From Marsupella aquatica (Eukaryota > Plantae > Marchantiophyta): DNA of 64,000 nucleotides. Location: assembly GCA_973895155.1 (NCBI GenBank), contig OZ316899.1:13519934-13583933 (forward strand), in the 5' to 3' direction. The translations under genes were made by a program, and so were the position numbers. Shown piece by piece: positions 1 to 11,659 of the stretch (the first letter of the stretch is position 1; each line of letters starts with the position of its first letter). The notes beneath the pieces are model-generated. The model saw nothing but the letters and a program-made list of their open reading frames with translations, had not been told where the DNA came from and did not search any database.

Positions 1-3000
1 GAAACACGCCAACCCGCGCCGATACGAGATCGAACGCGAATACGAGAGAGCCATCCGCCTAGCAGGACGACACCACTACGTCCTTAACTTTGACTACCCG
101 TCTCAGAGCGAGCTTTACCGACCAGCTGAGGTATCTGGGTACTTCTTCAACGGAGACAAATATATCGGGTTCTGGGAAGCATTGCTTCGGCTTCCGGACG
201 AGGTCTTCAATATCCCGGGTACAATCGACCTGCAGCGACATCACTTCGACCACATCCCTGCCCAGGTTCGGGCTGTCATTAACGGCGAGTCCAGTACCAA
301 CCGTTCGACAAGGGCGTCCGCACTCGCTTTGGAGAACTTCTACCAGCACCTGCAGAGCTTCATGGGAACTCGGCCATCAACCAACATGACCAACTCAGCC
401 GGACCTGTACCCGTACCCGTGCCCATGCAACCCCAGCCTCAACTTCAGCTTCAGCCTCAACCGTAGCCTAGCCAAACCCCACCACCTATCACCCAGCCAG
501 CACAGGTACGCTCCGTCATCAACGCTGTGGATCTTAGCGATGACGACGAGGCTACCCCACCCTTGACCAGGCGGCCCAGAGGAACAAGCGCGCGGGGGGC
601 CGACACTATATCGTCCCCACCCCCTGCTCTGACCCCAGGAGCGGCCCCAGCAGACAACATAGTGACCGTGGCCGCCCCGGGCCCGTTACCAACCCCAGTG
701 GCACTCCCCAGGCCCGATCGGGAGGATGGGGAAGTATCACCTTCCCCGAGTCAGTCACGGGGAAAGAAGAGGAAGGAATCCGCCACTGCATCCGGGTTAC
801 CGTTGGCCACGGTAGCCGTAGCCAAGGTGACGATGCATCGCATGGGGGAAAACGTTCATAGCAACATCCTCCATCCCAAGCATGCGGTGTACCTGAAGAC
901 TCAGGGATTTGAGCACCTCACCTCTCTCCCCTGGAACACTTGCAGGTACTACGGGGAGGACATGACAGAATTCGTCAAGAATTATGACGACGTACGTCAA
1001 TAGACTCGGCTACGGGGAAGGAATATATCCCTCACAGAAGAACGGCTCAAGATGATCTTCGGGTTACCCGAAGGTGACCATCGAGTCGAATCACGGGCTC
1101 CCGGGGGCAAGGGGGCCAAGTACCAATCTTCAAGTTTTCCCTCAGAGGGATCAGTAGACAACGGGTTCGTGATGAGGACCTGCCTCATGCCCGAGATAGC
1201 TGAGCGGCTGGAGTTCCAGAGGTACGCTCTCCACATGATGGAACCCCGGGGGGAGATCTCCGCCGCCCAGGTTATCCAGGTCGAGAACTATCGACCTAGG
1301 AAATGGGCGTCGTACTTTGCTAAGAAATTCCATGAAGAGATGGAGCGGCGAAGGAAGACGCTGTACATTGGTGGGAAGGCGTATTTCGCTAGCCATATTG
1401 AAATCATTCTTGAGTGGTACGCCCGGTTTGATCGACGAACCCTTCCCCGCATCAACGTTACAAAGCTGGTCCCAGCTAGGTGGGTTTTTCCGGCATTGGA
1501 GAGACCCGAGGCCCGAAGTCCAGTGGACACGCCAGCTTCACCCACCCCACCTCCACAAATAGCTATAATCGTAACCGAGGAGGCACCGGAGGGGTCGGTC
1601 GTCGCAACCGTTGATGCGACCCAACTAGCCGGGCTAAGTACAGAAGTTGGTACGGCAGAGGTCTTACCCGAACCCGGGTCTCCCAAGGACCCGCCGGTGG
1701 CAATTCCGGAGAACCGGACATCGCTGCAGGAGGACACTCCAGCCCCTTCCAACGTTATGTCCCCAGGGCTGGACGTCACTGCCCCGGCCCCTGCGCGTGT
1801 TGATGTCTGCCCGTGCCCAAATCCGGACAGGCACAACTTGGACCACCCGGAACTCTTCGTACAGGGTACATTTCTGAACGGGCTTCTGGGAGATTTCTCT
1901 CATCAAATTGCCCGGGATACCGGGGAGTTCATGGCCCGGAAGGTAGCCTGTTTCTTCAATCAGGAGTTGGTTGCCGCCGTAAAGGCAGGTCGGGCCCAGT
2001 CGGAGGCCCTTCAGAGGATAGAGCGGTACCGGGTGGAGTCCGTGTACCTAAAGAACGAAGTGGCGGCTCAAGAGGCTGAGCTTCTGCAACTACGACCCAA
2101 GGTTGCAGCCGCCGATGAGTTGTTAGCAAAGGCGTACGCTCTTACCGCCCTAGCCGAACAGGCCAAAGCTGGGAACGAGGCCGAGATTACACGACTCCGG
2201 AACCAGATTGACAGTTTGAAGAAACAAGCTGTCACCTGGCAGAAAGACCTGGAGGAGGCCGAGGAGCGAGCCCAGCGGGATGCGACAGAGATAGCCACGC
2301 TGCAGGCCGAGATGGCGCGGCTCCAAACCGAGGTCGAGAAGCAGGACCAGCTGGCGAGTAAACTGACGAACGACGCCCAGCAGCTGGAGGAGGCATGTCA
2401 GGAGGCAACAGAGGAGACGGACGCGGCGAGGCGAGAGAACAAATCTCTGCTGGACCAGGTCCAGCTCCTCAAAGCGGACAATGACAGGCTTCGAAGGCAG
2501 CGGGATGGCCGTTCCCATTCGGGCGGCTCTGGCAAGCGTGCCAGGCATTAGCGGCAGAGTAGGAATAGATTAGGATTAGGATTGGCTTAGTCAAGCTCTT
2601 GGGACAGGCACCTGCCTTAGGTACAGCAGCGCTGCCCTGCTGTCCAGCCTGCGTAGATTAGGATCTTCTAATAAGACACAGCCGTTTTCCGGCCTGACTG
2701 TCAGCTTAGTTAGGACCTTAGTCAGCGAATCTTCGGCGAGAGGACACCCCGTTCCTCGGCTCTTAGTATTTAGTGCACCCCTCGGTAGAGGCAAGGGGGG
2801 GGGTTTTTAGTTTCAGAGTCGAACATCCGCGGGACATGCGGGGAGTCCCGACCTCTGGGAATGACAGAGTACCAAGGGGAGGGGGTAGGACTAAGCTCGC
2901 CGGGCGAGTGCGGAGCCGGGCTCCGTTGTAGTGTGCACCCTCGGCCTTGAACCTGTGCATTCCAGGGCTGTCGTGTCAACTAAGTGTACGCATATGTTCC

Positions 3001-3451
3001 CTTTGTAGTAAAATCCTTTCCCATCATTTTCCTTCGTGTAAATCGAGATTGTATGCATGTGTGCGCATATGTGTGTGGGCTTCTCGTATATGGGTGGCAG
3101 CGCCAGGCCGAACGCACTACCCGAGACGTGCACAGGGTGCAGCCTGCGGGTAAGTGGTTGCGAGCACGGGTTGAGGACCTGTATCATCGAATCCGGATCG
3201 AAGGCGGACAGCACGAAGGCTTAGAAGCCCTTAAGCCGGGGTCGATCCTGCTATCGACTAAGGTACGTTCCGGCGGCGGAACACAAACCATACCTAGGAG
3301 GTGTCTGTATTTAGCAGTATGCGCACTTAGCGCTAGTTTACGAGAATAAGGTGCATTACGTGCTTCCCTTCCTGCCCGAACCCTCAGATTTACGAGGGAT
3401 GTGCCCGTCTAAGCTGAAGTTTGAGTTAAGGCCGAAGCCTACGACGTGACA
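1..3451 (+). mobile_element. 5' LTR of Ty3/Gypsy family A (giant LTR, starts upstream of the window)
   Basis: About 99% identical to 9103-12559 (roughly 30 substitutions and one 6-bp indel by eye). Ends ...CGTGACA exactly where identity stops. Followed by a PBS and gag. Confidence 0.92.
2..2551 (+). pseudogene. LTR-encoded ORF of family A, copy 1 (5' end outside the window, two in-frame stops)
   Basis: ORFs 182-466, 527-1003 and 1052-2551 share one frame. The TAG stops at 464 and 1001 are CAG in copy 2. Confidence 0.85.
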
Positions 3452-3463
3452 TAGCCTTTGTTT

Positions 3464-3481
3464 TGGCGCTAGATGGAGGGG
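3464..3481 (+). promoter_or_regulatory. Primer binding site, tRNA-Asn-like (TGGCGCTAGATGGAGGGG)
   Basis: TGG-initiated 18-mer located 12 nt after the LTR end. Near-complementary to the plant tRNA-Asn 3' end (...CCCUCCUUCUAGCG-CCA, recalled from memory) with one mismatch. Confidence 0.75.
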
Positions 3482-3691
3482 GCACTCTACATATCGTAGA
3501 GGGGAGACATGTGCGTATTCACCTAGGCAGGATACATCAGGACGTAGTACTAACCATTGCATTTATATGAGTAAATGCCCGTCACTCGTTCTCAAGCAGC
3601 TTACTTGAGGAGATTGACCAGCGAACGAGAAAGTGCAACCACAACAAGCTCCGACTCGTCGGGCTCGGAGGACTCGCAATCGTCCTGACGT

Positions 3692-6600
3692 ATGAACATA
3701 CCCCCGGGATCTTCGGGGTCCGGTTTGACCGGCCCTGCTGTGGTTCCACCACCACCACCACCACCACCACCACCACCTATGGCAGCCGCTCCACCGGTGG
3801 CCCGCGCTGCTCAGGCGCCTCCACAAATATCGCAACGATCGCGATTTCATTATCGACCTTTCAAAGGGCGTCATGGGGATGATCCGGATGAATGGTTGGA
3901 TGAGTTTGAAGCCACTGCTAAAGCTAATGGGGAAGACGCCATTAAGCTAACCGTCCTCCCGGGAGTGATGCGGGGAGAAGCTCGTCCATGGTACAACTCG
4001 TTGCCACCCGGGACTACATGGGCACAATTCCAAGCTACATTGCTGCAGGAGTTTCGTGCCATTGGATCAGAACAGCGTTCTCTATTAAAGATTGGCCAGC
4101 TTCGCATGGGAAAAAAAGAGTCCCTGCGGAAATTCATTAAGAAGTTTCAGAAACTTGCGGCCAAGATCCGGCCCAGGCCAGGAGACGCGCTCCAGCTTAC
4201 ATGGTTCCTTCATGGTTTGCCCACGAATATGCAATTCTGGGTACGCCAGAATAATCCAATTTCAATGCAGGCGGCCATAGCATGCGCCGAAACTTACCGG
4301 GAGTCCACCTATAACTCCCGGCGGAGCCAGCGAGCACGCCGCAGGAAGGGTAAGTACGAAACCTTCAGTGACAGTGACTCCGAATCGGACGACGAGAGGA
4401 AGAAGAAACGCAAGAAGAAGAAGAAACATCGTTCGACCTCGTCCAGCTCCGAGACGAAATCCAGTTCGGATTCAGCTTCAAGCATCGGATCCTCTACCTC
4501 CAGTTCATCAGGAAGTGACTTGGAGAGCGAAAGCCGGAGCAAAAAGAAGAAGAGACAAGTGAAGAAGGAGGGGAAGATTAAACCCCGGGCGCGAAGAACG
4601 ATACCAGATCCAAAGGCTGCCGAAGCAGACAAGCTGAACGAAATCACGGATCGACTCAAAGCACTGTCAGTACATCTTGCAGAAAAGCCGGTGGAGAAGA
4701 AGAAGCCATATGAGATTCGAACCCATGCGTGGTGTTCAAAGTGCTTCCAATCCGGCCATGTGGTGCAGGAATGCCCAAGGTGGAAGAACCGAGTTCACCA
4801 AGTAGAGCTGGATGATGTTGACAACCCGGGCCCCGAATTGGAGTCCACGGAGTATTTCTTTGAGGACCCTCCTGATTCCGTGTACCAGATTTCAACGGTA
4901 GGTCCGCGTAATTTAGCGGGTAGAACTGCGTACCCCTACCCAAGTAATGGCCGGAGTTTCCAGGTTATCAGTAACCCGAGCATCCCTCCTAAGCCAGGGA
5001 TTTGGCGGTCCCCGGTTTGTTACAACTGTGAAAAGCCAGGACACTTTGCGAGGGAATGCACCGAACCAAGACGTCAGGGAGATGGCCGAGGCACCCCACT
5101 ATGTCAAGTTTGCAAAACGGAGGCTCATTCCACGGCCAACTGCCCGTTGGTAATCGCTGCTCGAACGAGTGCGGCTAGACCGGCCCAGGCTGGACCAGTC
5201 ACGAGCGATGCAGTCGTCCAAATGATTGTTGTAGAATGGCAAGATGACAACACCGAGTGGGTGAATCTGGTGGACGTGGCGGAACACCCTAATCCATTGG
5301 ATGAGGCCGAGTGCTACCGAGTGTCGACAAGGGCCGAACGGAAGGAAGAAAAGACGGAGGAGAAACGGAGGAAAAAGCAAGATACTACTCCGGTGCAGCC
5401 AGCGATAAATATACCCCCGGAAAAGGACGATGACTACCGAAGGGACGACCCGAAGCTGTTTTTCCCCCGCATCGAAGAATTGGTAAAGAAACAGCTGGAG
5501 GCTTACGAAGCTCGGGAATACCAGAAGGCAATCGATAAGGACATCAAAGCAGCCGAGACAGCCCGGCGTCAGGAGCAAGAAAAGCAAGATAAACAAGAGG
5601 AAGCCAAGCAGCAGCCAACGAAAGAAACAAAGGAGGACTATGATATTAAGGAGGACGTGAAGAGTTGCCCGGTTACAGCGATGGTGGGGCAACTGCTGCA
5701 GAACAACCCACAGTACAGACGACAACTGAGGGAGTTGCTCATGGGTCGCCGAAGGAGGAGACTACCCCGAGTTGGGAGTGCGGACTGCAACATGATATGC
5801 GAGGACCTTGGAGCGTCGGACATCTCGATCGAAATTAATAACTGTACCATCAAGATGGTTCTTGTAGACGGAGGAGCGGGAGTCAACATCATGACTGAAG
5901 AAACGTCAGTCAAGTTAGGATACCTCACGTATCAACCCACGGCCCGAGCTATCAGATTAGCAAACGGGGCAAGGGTCCTCCCATTAGGCACGCTCACACG
6001 AGTGCTCACTCTGGTGGGAGGGGTAGAGTTCTATCTCAACTTCTTAGTCATGAGGCCGGTTCGTCCCTCCTCTTATCCGGTTCTTTTGGGCAGGCCGTGG
6101 TTGTACGATGGCCGCGTAGTCACGGATTGGGGAAAGAAGGAGCTACGGTTCGGGGAACCCACCGTACGGGTATCCTGGGCAATGGACGATTATCAGGGAG
6201 AAACCCCACAAGGACCCGAGGAATATGATTCGGAGACCTCGGAGGAAGAGGAACTCAATATGATCGAACTCATCTCGTCCCTATCCGAGGAAGATGTCTT
6301 CGGAGTTGAAGCAACCCGAGAAACACATCTCCTAAATTACCCGAGGGCTGCCATTGAGTCCACCCCAAGTACATCTACTGTCGGGGATGAGGAAACGCAC
6401 GAACAACTCGTCGAGACGGAGGACACGGCTCCAGCTAAGCAGGGAGCCGAGGCTACTCCTTCCATTTCAGAGCCTCGTAACCATGAACCAGCCCAACAAC
6501 CGCCTGAGGCCGAAAACTCAAGACCGAGACATAAAAAGCGAGTCTCATGGGATCCGTCCATTCCGCAATTGGAGGAAGTAAACCCCATCCCGAGACCAAT

Positions 6601-7849
6601 CCCGGTCCCACCCATGTACGGAGGGGTTCGGTTAGCTGAGCTTGACGCGAGCCTGGACCCAAGTCTGCGAAACCAGGTTGAAGTCATCAGGAAGGAGCAC
6701 TACCGGAAGTACACTATTGGGATGGACAAATCTTTTAACCTGGGCCACGCTCTGACGGGGAAGGCTGAAAAATCCATCCAAGCTTTGCTCAAGGAATATG
6801 AAGATGTGTTTGCATGGAGTCATCATGATTTAACAGGCGTCTCCCCCGAGTTGGGAGAACACACAATCGATCTGAACCTAGGAGCCCATGCGGTACGACA
6901 GCGACAATGTCGCATGAATCCGAGGTACTCCATCTTAGTGAAGGAGGAAATTGATCGTCTCCTCGCCGCCGATATCATTTACCCGGTAATGGCCAGCGAC
7001 TGGGTCTCTCCCATTGTCATTGTACCAAAGAAGGGAGGTACGGATGGAAAACCTAAGATTTGTATCTGTCAGGACACCGCGCAGGCTGATAATCAGAATA
7101 TCAAGGATAAACTGACTCAGACGCAGGGAGAGTTGGCCGATACGATCAAAGAGAGGGAGAAGTGGAAGCGAGAGCTGAGGAATACAGAGGAGGCCCACAT
7201 AATAGCCAACAGCCGGGCCATGGCGGAGACCCAAAGAAAGGAATGGGCGTTGAAGAGGGAGCTTGAGAAAATTCGCGGAGCCCTTGAGCAGAAGGAGGCC
7301 GAGTTAGGAAAATCCTATCAAGGGATTATGGCGCTGCAGCAGGAGCTTGCGTCCCTGACGGCCAGCTTCAAGGCCGACCTAAGGGAGAAGGACGAGATGC
7401 TCGATCAGACTTACGCCAAGATGAACCAGATGGAGTCTGTCATCATTGCAGAGCTCGACAAGGAGCTAAGAGCAACCCGGGAGGAGAGGACTACCTTGAA
7501 AAAAGAACGGGAGGAAGCCCAGAAGGAACTAGAGGAGGCGCGCAAGGACCTGGATGAGACCCAGGAGGAGTTGGAGGAAATCACGAGGAAGATGGAGAAC
7601 CTCCAGCGGCGGGCCGACAACCAAACGGAGCGACTGAAGAAACAAGCCGCAGTATTTAAGTGCTTGTCTTCATCAGGCCCAACTCCAATTGGGGCAACCA
7701 AGTTACCAGGAGTGGTACTGGAAGAAGAAAAAGCCGCGCCACCTGCACCAGTGCCGGAAGTAAGTGGGAAGGGGAAGGGACCAGCTGCCGAACCAGAAAA
7801 GAAGAAGAAGCAGAAACCTTCAGGGTCAAGGAGTAATCCGACTCCATAA
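3692..7849 (+). CDS. Ty3/Gypsy Gag-protease-RT N-terminus (3692-7075) fused in frame to the coiled-coil half of the family B LTR ORF
   Basis: Contains a Gag capsid (DPDEWLDEFE...ARPWY), three CCHC knuckles, protease VDGGAGVNIM and the RT start (VKEEIDRLL..WVSPIVIVPKK..CQD). After GGAC at 7072-7075 the sequence matches 41922 onward. Confidence 0.9.
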   Translation: MNIPPGSSGSGLTGPAVVPPPPPPPPPPPMAAAPPVARAAQAPPQISQRSRFHYRPFKGRHGDDPDEWLDEFEATAKANGEDAIKLTVLPGVMRGEARPWYNSLPPGTTWAQFQATLLQEFRAIGSEQRSLLKIGQLRMGKKESLRKFIKKFQKLAAKIRPRPGDALQLTWFLHGLPTNMQFWVRQNNPISMQAAIACAETYRESTYNSRRSQRARRRKGKYETFSDSDSESDDERKKKRKKKKKHRSTSSSSETKSSSDSASSIGSSTSSSSGSDLESESRSKKKKRQVKKEGKIKPRARRTIPDPKAAEADKLNEITDRLKALSVHLAEKPVEKKKPYEIRTHAWCSKCFQSGHVVQECPRWKNRVHQVELDDVDNPGPELESTEYFFEDPPDSVYQISTVGPRNLAGRTAYPYPSNGRSFQVISNPSIPPKPGIWRSPVCYNCEKPGHFARECTEPRRQGDGRGTPLCQVCKTEAHSTANCPLVIAARTSAARPAQAGPVTSDAVVQMIVVEWQDDNTEWVNLVDVAEHPNPLDEAECYRVSTRAERKEEKTEEKRRKKQDTTPVQPAINIPPEKDDDYRRDDPKLFFPRIEELVKKQLEAYEAREYQKAIDKDIKAAETARRQEQEKQDKQEEAKQQPTKETKEDYDIKEDVKSCPVTAMVGQLLQNNPQYRRQLRELLMGRRRRRLPRVGSADCNMICEDLGASDISIEINNCTIKMVLVDGGAGVNIMTEETSVKLGYLTYQPTARAIRLANGARVLPLGTLTRVLTLVGGVEFYLNFLVMRPVRPSSYPVLLGRPWLYDGRVVTDWGKKELRFGEPTVRVSWAMDDYQGETPQGPEEYDSETSEEEELNMIELISSLSEEDVFGVEATRETHLLNYPRAAIESTPSTSTVGDEETHEQLVETEDTAPAKQGAEATPSISEPRNHEPAQQPPEAENSRPRHKKRVSWDPSIPQLEEVNPIPRPIPVPPMYGGVRLAELDASLDPSLRNQVEVIRKEHYRKYTIGMDKSFNLGHALTGKAEKSIQALLKEYEDVFAWSHHDLTGVSPELGEHTIDLNLGAHAVRQRQCRMNPRYSILVKEEIDRLLAADIIYPVMASDWVSPIVIVPKKGGTDGKPKICICQDTAQADNQNIKDKLTQTQGELADTIKEREKWKRELRNTEEAHIIANSRAMAETQRKEWALKRELEKIRGALEQKEAELGKSYQGIMALQQELASLTASFKADLREKDEMLDQTYAKMNQMESVIIAELDKELRATREERTTLKKEREEAQKELEEARKDLDETQEELEEITRKMENLQRRADNQTERLKKQAAVFKCLSSSGPTPIGATKLPGVVLEEEKAAPPAPVPEVSGKGKGPAAEPEKKKKQKPSGSRSNPTP

Positions 7850-8911
7850 GCCGTGGTGACCAAGGAGGTAGACCCAGCACCATCCTCCGGCATGAATACG
7901 GCAATAGATCCCGCTATCATCACAGGTGGGGGTGGTGCGGCCCAAGCCGAACTACTCAGTAATGAGGCCGGTATCCCAGATCCGCCTCTGGAGCAGGCCG
8001 GGGAGACCATAGCCGAGGCTGAGGCCATAGCCGAGAATGATTCCCGAGCCGATGCCGACGCCGATGGTGGACCCAGTCAGGCCGATGGAGAGTTGACTCA
8101 GTCAAGGGCAGGTAATCTGTCAGAAAACGAACCTACGGCAGTGGCTGAGGAGGAAGCGTTGGGGGCGTCCATTGAGGATCCACCACCGGTGTCGTGACGG
8201 TGCAAGGGCGCCGTTCCTTTTAGGAAGGGCGGACGTGGAGGTAGGAGGCGTGAGTGGGCAGGGCGGGCGCTGATCTCCAAGTTTAGGATTAGGATCAGGA
8301 CCAGGAGCGGCCCTCACACTTAGCTTAGTGGGATTGCGGTTCCACTGGTAGGAGCAACACTTGTGCTCCTGCCTTGCTGTACATAGGTAGATCCGGGCAA
8401 GTAGATTACTGTTAGGTAGATTAGGCTTACGCTGCAAAGAATTAGGCGGATCCACTACCAGGATAAGTACCTGGGCAGCGGGGAGCTCAGGGCCTCTTCT
8501 TTAGCAAGTTTTTAGTTTGCACCAGCCGGGCTGGGATCAAGTAGTAAGAGAAGTGTGACGCCGCCGGTACGGCGGTTAATGAGTGATTCAGTCTAACTGC
8601 GCTCGGCACGCGCGTTAGGTGGGTCTTAGGCCGCTATTATTAGCATAACGACAGTATTTAGGTAATCATTAGGGGTAGGACATCATTAGGCAATAAGGGG
8701 GACTTCAGGTTCGGGCTGGCGGCGGGTCGCTATTCGCACACCCGGGTTACGAGCGTGGAGGGGCCCCTCCCTCGGGTCCGTATAACGAACTTAAGGAAGC
8801 GGCCACTGACGCACGCTGACTCAGACCGGCGGAGTGGCCGGTACACCACAAGCGTGAGCGGTTCAACCTATGGGCGTCGAGGAGACGTCGGGGATCGACA
8901 AGCCCTCAAAG

Positions 8912-8920
8912 TATAAAAGG
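8912..8920 (+). promoter_or_regulatory. Candidate LTR TATA box (TATAAAAGG)
   Basis: Canonical motif ~360 bp inside LTR A and ~105 bp before the ATG at 9020, followed by a CT-rich leader. Confidence 0.65.
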
Positions 8921-9019
8921 GGAGCCAACCCTTTGTAGTGCACCAGTCCATCAGTCCGTGCGCCAGCTTCGACCCCAGCTCTCTCGTTCTCTCTAGGTCG
9001 CCACTACTATCTCCTCTGA

Positions 9020-11659
9020 ATGTCGCACACGATCCTCTCCAGCTCGGCCATTCGATTCTGGACGCAGTTCCTATCTATCGGAAGGCACTTGGCCGATTCA
9101 TTGAAACACGCCAACCCGCGCCGATACGAGATCGAACGCGAATACGAGAGAGCCATCCGCCTAGCAGGACGACACCACTACGTCCTTAACTTTGACTACC
9201 CGTCTCAGAGCGAGCTTTACCGACCAGCTGAGGTATCTGGGTACTTCTTCAACGGAGACAAATATATCGAGTTCTGGGAAGCATTGCTTCGGCTTCCGGA
9301 CGAGGTCTTCAATATCCTGGGTACAATCGACCTGCAGCGACATCACTTCGACCACATCCCTGCCCAGGTTCGGGCTGTCATTAACGGCGAGTCCAGTACC
9401 AACCGTTCGACAAGGGCGTCCGCACTCGCTTCGGAGAACTTCTACCAGCACCTGCAGAGCTTCATGGGAACTCGGCCATCAACCAACATGACCAACTCAG
9501 CCGGACCTGTACCCGTACCCGTACCCGTGCCCATGCAACCCCAGCCTCAACTTCAGCTTCAGCCTCAGCCGCAGCCTAGCCAAACCCCACCACCTATCAC
9601 CCAGCCAGCACAGGTACGCTCCGTCATCAACGCTGTGGATCTTAGCGATGACGACGAGGCTACCCCACCCTTGACCAGGCGGCCCAGAGGAACAAGCGCG
9701 CGGGGGGCCGACACTATATCGTCCCCACCCCCTGCTCTGACCCCAGGAGCGGTCCCAGCAGACAACATAGTGACCGTGGCCGCCCCGGGCCCGTTACCAA
9801 CCGCAGTGGCACTCCCCAGGCCCGATCGGGAGGATGGGGAAGTATCACCTTCCCCGAGTCAGTCACGGGGAAAGAAGAGGAAGGAATCCGCCACTGCATC
9901 CGGGTTACCGTTGGCCACGGTAGCCGTAGCCAAGGTGACGATGCATCGCATGGGGGAAAACGTTCATAGCAACATCCTCCATCCCAAGCATGCGGTGTAC
10001 CTGAAGACTCAGGGATTTGAGCACCTCACCTCTCTCCCCTGGAACACTTGCAGGTACTACGGGGAGGACATGACAGAATTCGTCAAGAATTATGACGACG
10101 TACGTCAACAGACTCGGCTACGGGGAAGGAATATATCCCTCACAGAAGAACGGCTCAAGATGATCTTCGGGTTACCCGAAGGTGACCATCGAGTCGAATC
10201 ACGGGCTCCCGGGGGCAAGGGGGCCAAGTACCAATCTTCAAGTTTTCCCTCAGAGGGATCAGTAGACAACGGGTTCGTGATGAGGACCTGCCTCATGCCC
10301 GAGATAGCTGAGCGGCTGGAGTTCCAGAGGTACGCTCTCCACATGATGGAACCCCGGGGGGAGATCTCCGCCGCCCAGGTTATCCAGGTCGAGAACTATC
10401 GACCTAGGAAATGGGCGTCGTACTTCGCTAAGAAATTCCATGAAGAGATGGAGCGGCGAAGGAAGACGCTGTACATTGGCGGGAAGGCGTATTTCGCTAG
10501 CCATATCGAAATCATTCTTGAGTGGTACGCCCGGTTTGATCGACGAACCCTTCCCCGCATCAACGTTACAAAGCTGGTCCCAGCTAGGTGGGTTTTTCCG
10601 GCATTGGAGAGACCCGAGGCCCGAAGTCCAGTGGACACGCCAGCTTCACCCACCCCACCTCCACAAATAGCTATAATCGTAACCGAGGAGGCGCCGGAGG
10701 GGTCGGTCGTCGCAACCGTTGATGCGACCCAACTAGCCGGGCTAAGTACAGAAGTTGGTACAACAGAGGTCTTACCCGAACCCGGGTCTCCCAAGGACCC
10801 GCCGGTGGCAATTCCGGAGAACCGGACATCGCTGCAGGAGGACACTCCAGCCCCTTCCAACGTTATGTCCCCAGGGCTGGACGTCACTGCCCCGGCCCCT
10901 GCGCGTGTTGATGTCTGCCCGTGCCCAAATCCGGACAGGCACAACTTGGACCACCCGGAACTCTTCGTACAGGGTACGTTTCTGAACCGGCTTCTGGGAG
11001 ATTTCTCTCATCAAATTGCCCGGGATACCGGGGAGTTCATGGCCCGGAAGGTAGCCTATTTCTTCAATCAGGAGTTGGTTGCCGCCGTAAAGGCAGGTCG
11101 GGCCCAGTCGGAGGCCCTTCAGAGGATAGAGCGGTACCGGGTGGAGTCCGTGTACCTAAAGAACGAAGTGGCGGCTCAAGAGGCTGAGCTTCTGCAACTA
11201 CGACCCAAGGTTGCAGCCGCCGATGAGTTGTTAGCAAAGGCGTACGCTCTTACCGCCCTAGCCGAACAGGCCAAAGCTGGGAACGAGGCCGAGATTACAC
11301 GACTCCGGAACCAGATTGACAGTTTGAAGAAACAAGCTGTCACCTGGCAGAAAGACCTGGAGGAGGCCGAGGAGCGAGCCCAGCGGGACGCGACGGAGAT
11401 AGCCACGCTGCAGGCCGAGATGGCGCGGCTCCAAACCGAGGCCGAGAAGTAGGACCAGCTGGCGAGTAAACTGACGAGCGACGCCCAGCAGCTGGAGGAG
11501 GCATGTCAGGAGGCAGCAGAGGAGACGGACGCGGCGAGGCGAGAGAACGAATCTCTGCTGGACCAGGTCCAGCTCCTCAAAGCGGACAATGACAGGCTTC
11601 GAAGGCAGCGGGATGGCCGTTCCCATTCGGGCGGCTCTGGCAAGCGTGCCAGGCATTAG
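9020..11659 (+). CDS. LTR-encoded protein of family A (879 aa by read-through of one premature TAG at 11450; 810 aa as is)
   Basis: Long ORF wholly inside the solo LTR. Has a GFEHLTSLPW..EFV..TRLRGRNISLT..IFGLP domain and a C-terminal coiled coil. The stop codon is CAG in copy 1. Confidence 0.85.

Noticed and set aside
5099-5725. Hydrophobic antisense ORFs (also 4309-4659, 7411-8028, 42261-42896 and similar)
   Set aside because: They are reverse-strand shadows of K/E-rich or low-complexity coding sequence.
7072-7849. Coiled-coil segments as a host SMC- or myosin-like gene, or the LTR ORFs as env
   Set aside because: They recur inside TSD-flanked repeats, and I see no ATPase motif, signal peptide or transmembrane segment.
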